From contig OZ360222.1 of assembly GCA_977017645.1 (NCBI GenBank), positions 124,930,001 through 124,994,000 of the forward strand: 64,000 bases of DNA, in the 5' to 3' direction. The number at the start of each line of letters is the position of its first letter. The stretch's first letter is position 1. The notes beneath the pieces were generated by a model, which saw nothing but the letters and a program-made list of their open reading frames with translations, ran no database searches and was not told where the DNA came from. Below, piece after piece: positions 62,290 through 64,000 of this stretch. The position numbers and the translations under genes were made by a program. The DNA is from Torpedo marmorata (lineage: Eukaryota).

Positions 62290-64000
62290 TAACCATATAA
62301 CATTTACAGCACAGAAATAGGCCAGTTCGGCCCTTCGCGTCCATGCTGAACACATTCTCCCACCTAGTCCCACTGACCCGCACCCGGCCCATAACCCTCC
62401 ACACCTCTATCGTCCATATACCTATCCAACTTTTCCTTAAACATTAAAATTGAACCTGCATCTACCACTTTGGCCGGAAGCTCGTTCCACCCTCCTACCA
62501 CCCTCTGAGTGCAGAAATTCCCCCTCATGTTTCCTCTAAACTATTCCCCCTTCAATCTCAATCCATGCCCTCTTGTTTGAATCTTCCCCTCTGTCAATGG
62601 AAAAAGCCTGTCCACATTGACTCTTTCTTTCCCCTTCATAATTTTAAATACCTCTATCAAATCACCCCTCAACCTTCTACGCTCCAGGGAATAAAGTCCC
62701 AGCCTGTTCAACCTTTCCCTATAACTCAAACCCAGAAACCCAGGCAACATTCTTGTAAATCTCCTCTGCACTCTCTCTATTCTGTTTATAACCTTCCTAT
62801 AATTCGGTGACCAAAACTGCACACAATATTCCAAATTTGGCCTCACCAATGCCTTATACAACTTCAACATGACATCCCAACTCCTATATTCAATACTCTG
62901 ATTTATGAAGGCCAACATACCAAATGCCTTCTTCACCACCCTATCTACGTGTGACTCAACTTTCAGGGAATTATGTACCAGAATTCCTAAATCCCTCTGT
63001 TCTACTGCACTTCTCAATTGTCTTCCATTTAACATGTATCACCTTTGCTGATTAATCCTACCAAAATGTAGCACCTCACATTTATCAGTATTAAATTCCA
63101 TCTGCCATGTTTCCGCCCACTCTTCTAACTGTCCAATATCCCCCTGCAAGCTTTGATATCCTTCTTCACTGTCCACAACACCACCAATCTTCGTATCATC
63201 TGCATACTTACTAATCCAATTTACCACCCTATCATCTAGACCATTAATATATATGACAAACAACAATGGACCCAATACCGATCCCTGAGGCACTCCACTA
63301 GTCACCGGCCTCCAATTTGACAAACAATTTTCCACCACTACTCTCTGGCATCTCCTATCCAACCATTGTTGAATCCATTTCACTACTTCGTCGTTAATAC
63401 CTAATGCTTGAACCTTCCTAACGAGCCTCTTATGCGGAACCTTGTCAAATGCCTTACTAAAGTCCATATAGACAACATCCACAGCCTTCCCCTCGTCAAC
63501 CCTCTTAGTAACCTCATCGAAAAACTCTATGAGATTTGTCAAGCATGATCTACCACGAACAAAACTGTGTTGACTACTCCTAATCAATGCTTGTCTTTCC
63601 AAATAACTGTATACACCATCTCTAAGAACACTCTCCATTAATTTACCCACCACTGATGTCAGACTCACAGGCCTATAATTTCCAGGTTTACTTTTGGAGC
63701 CCTTCTTAAACAGCGGGACAACATGCGCTACCCTCCAATACTCCGGCACCTCCCCCGTGGCCAGTGACATTTTAAATATTTCTGTCAGAGCCCCTACTAT
63801 TTGTACACTAACCTCCCTCAGGGTCCTCGGGAATATCCTGTCAGGACCTGGAGATTTATCTACATTTATACTCTTTAAAATAGCCAATACTACCTCCTCA
63901 TTAATCTTTATATTATCCATGACCTCCCTGCCAGATTGCTTTACTTCACCTGGCTCAAAATTCCTTTCCTTTGTAAATACTGAAGAAAAAAATCATTTAA
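62290..64000 (-). mobile_element. CR1 3' half, well-preserved RT with one in-frame stop; continues past window end
   Basis: ORFs 63039-63920 and 62541-63035 share a frame: YMDFSKAFD, GVPQGSVLGP, KYADD; CR1 3'UTR. Confidence 0.93.

Overview
This is eukaryotic DNA, not prokaryotic. The CR1-rich background with V-SINEs, a DeuSINE, Rex1, L1 and Penelope elements points to a cartilaginous fish (inference). Most of the window is transposable elements, many nested. I could not identify a host gene, rRNA, tRNA gene or CRISPR array. Main elements: a near full-length CR1 with an esterase ORF1 (1-4760); a Gmr1-type Gypsy element with INT before RNase H and no RT core (20077-26074); a Penelope element with an inverted pLTR; a CsRn1-type Gypsy element (28972-39510) carrying a full-length L1; a 5'-inverted L1; a hAT MITE; Rex1 derivatives; and a Mag-type Gypsy element. 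The most striking object is a very young BEL/Pao LTR element (41066-47204; 692-bp LTRs with about 2 differences by eye; 5-bp TSD TGCGG). It lacks RT, RNase H and the integrase core. Instead it has an intact 994-aa SAP-domain/Gag/protease ORF followed in frame, across one TAG, by a 315-aa coiled-coil ORF resembling vertebrate MIPOL1. It is therefore a candidate non-autonomous retroelement carrying captured host-gene pieces. Family and homology assignments come from motif recognition and memory, not database searches. Boundaries without a TSD are approximate.
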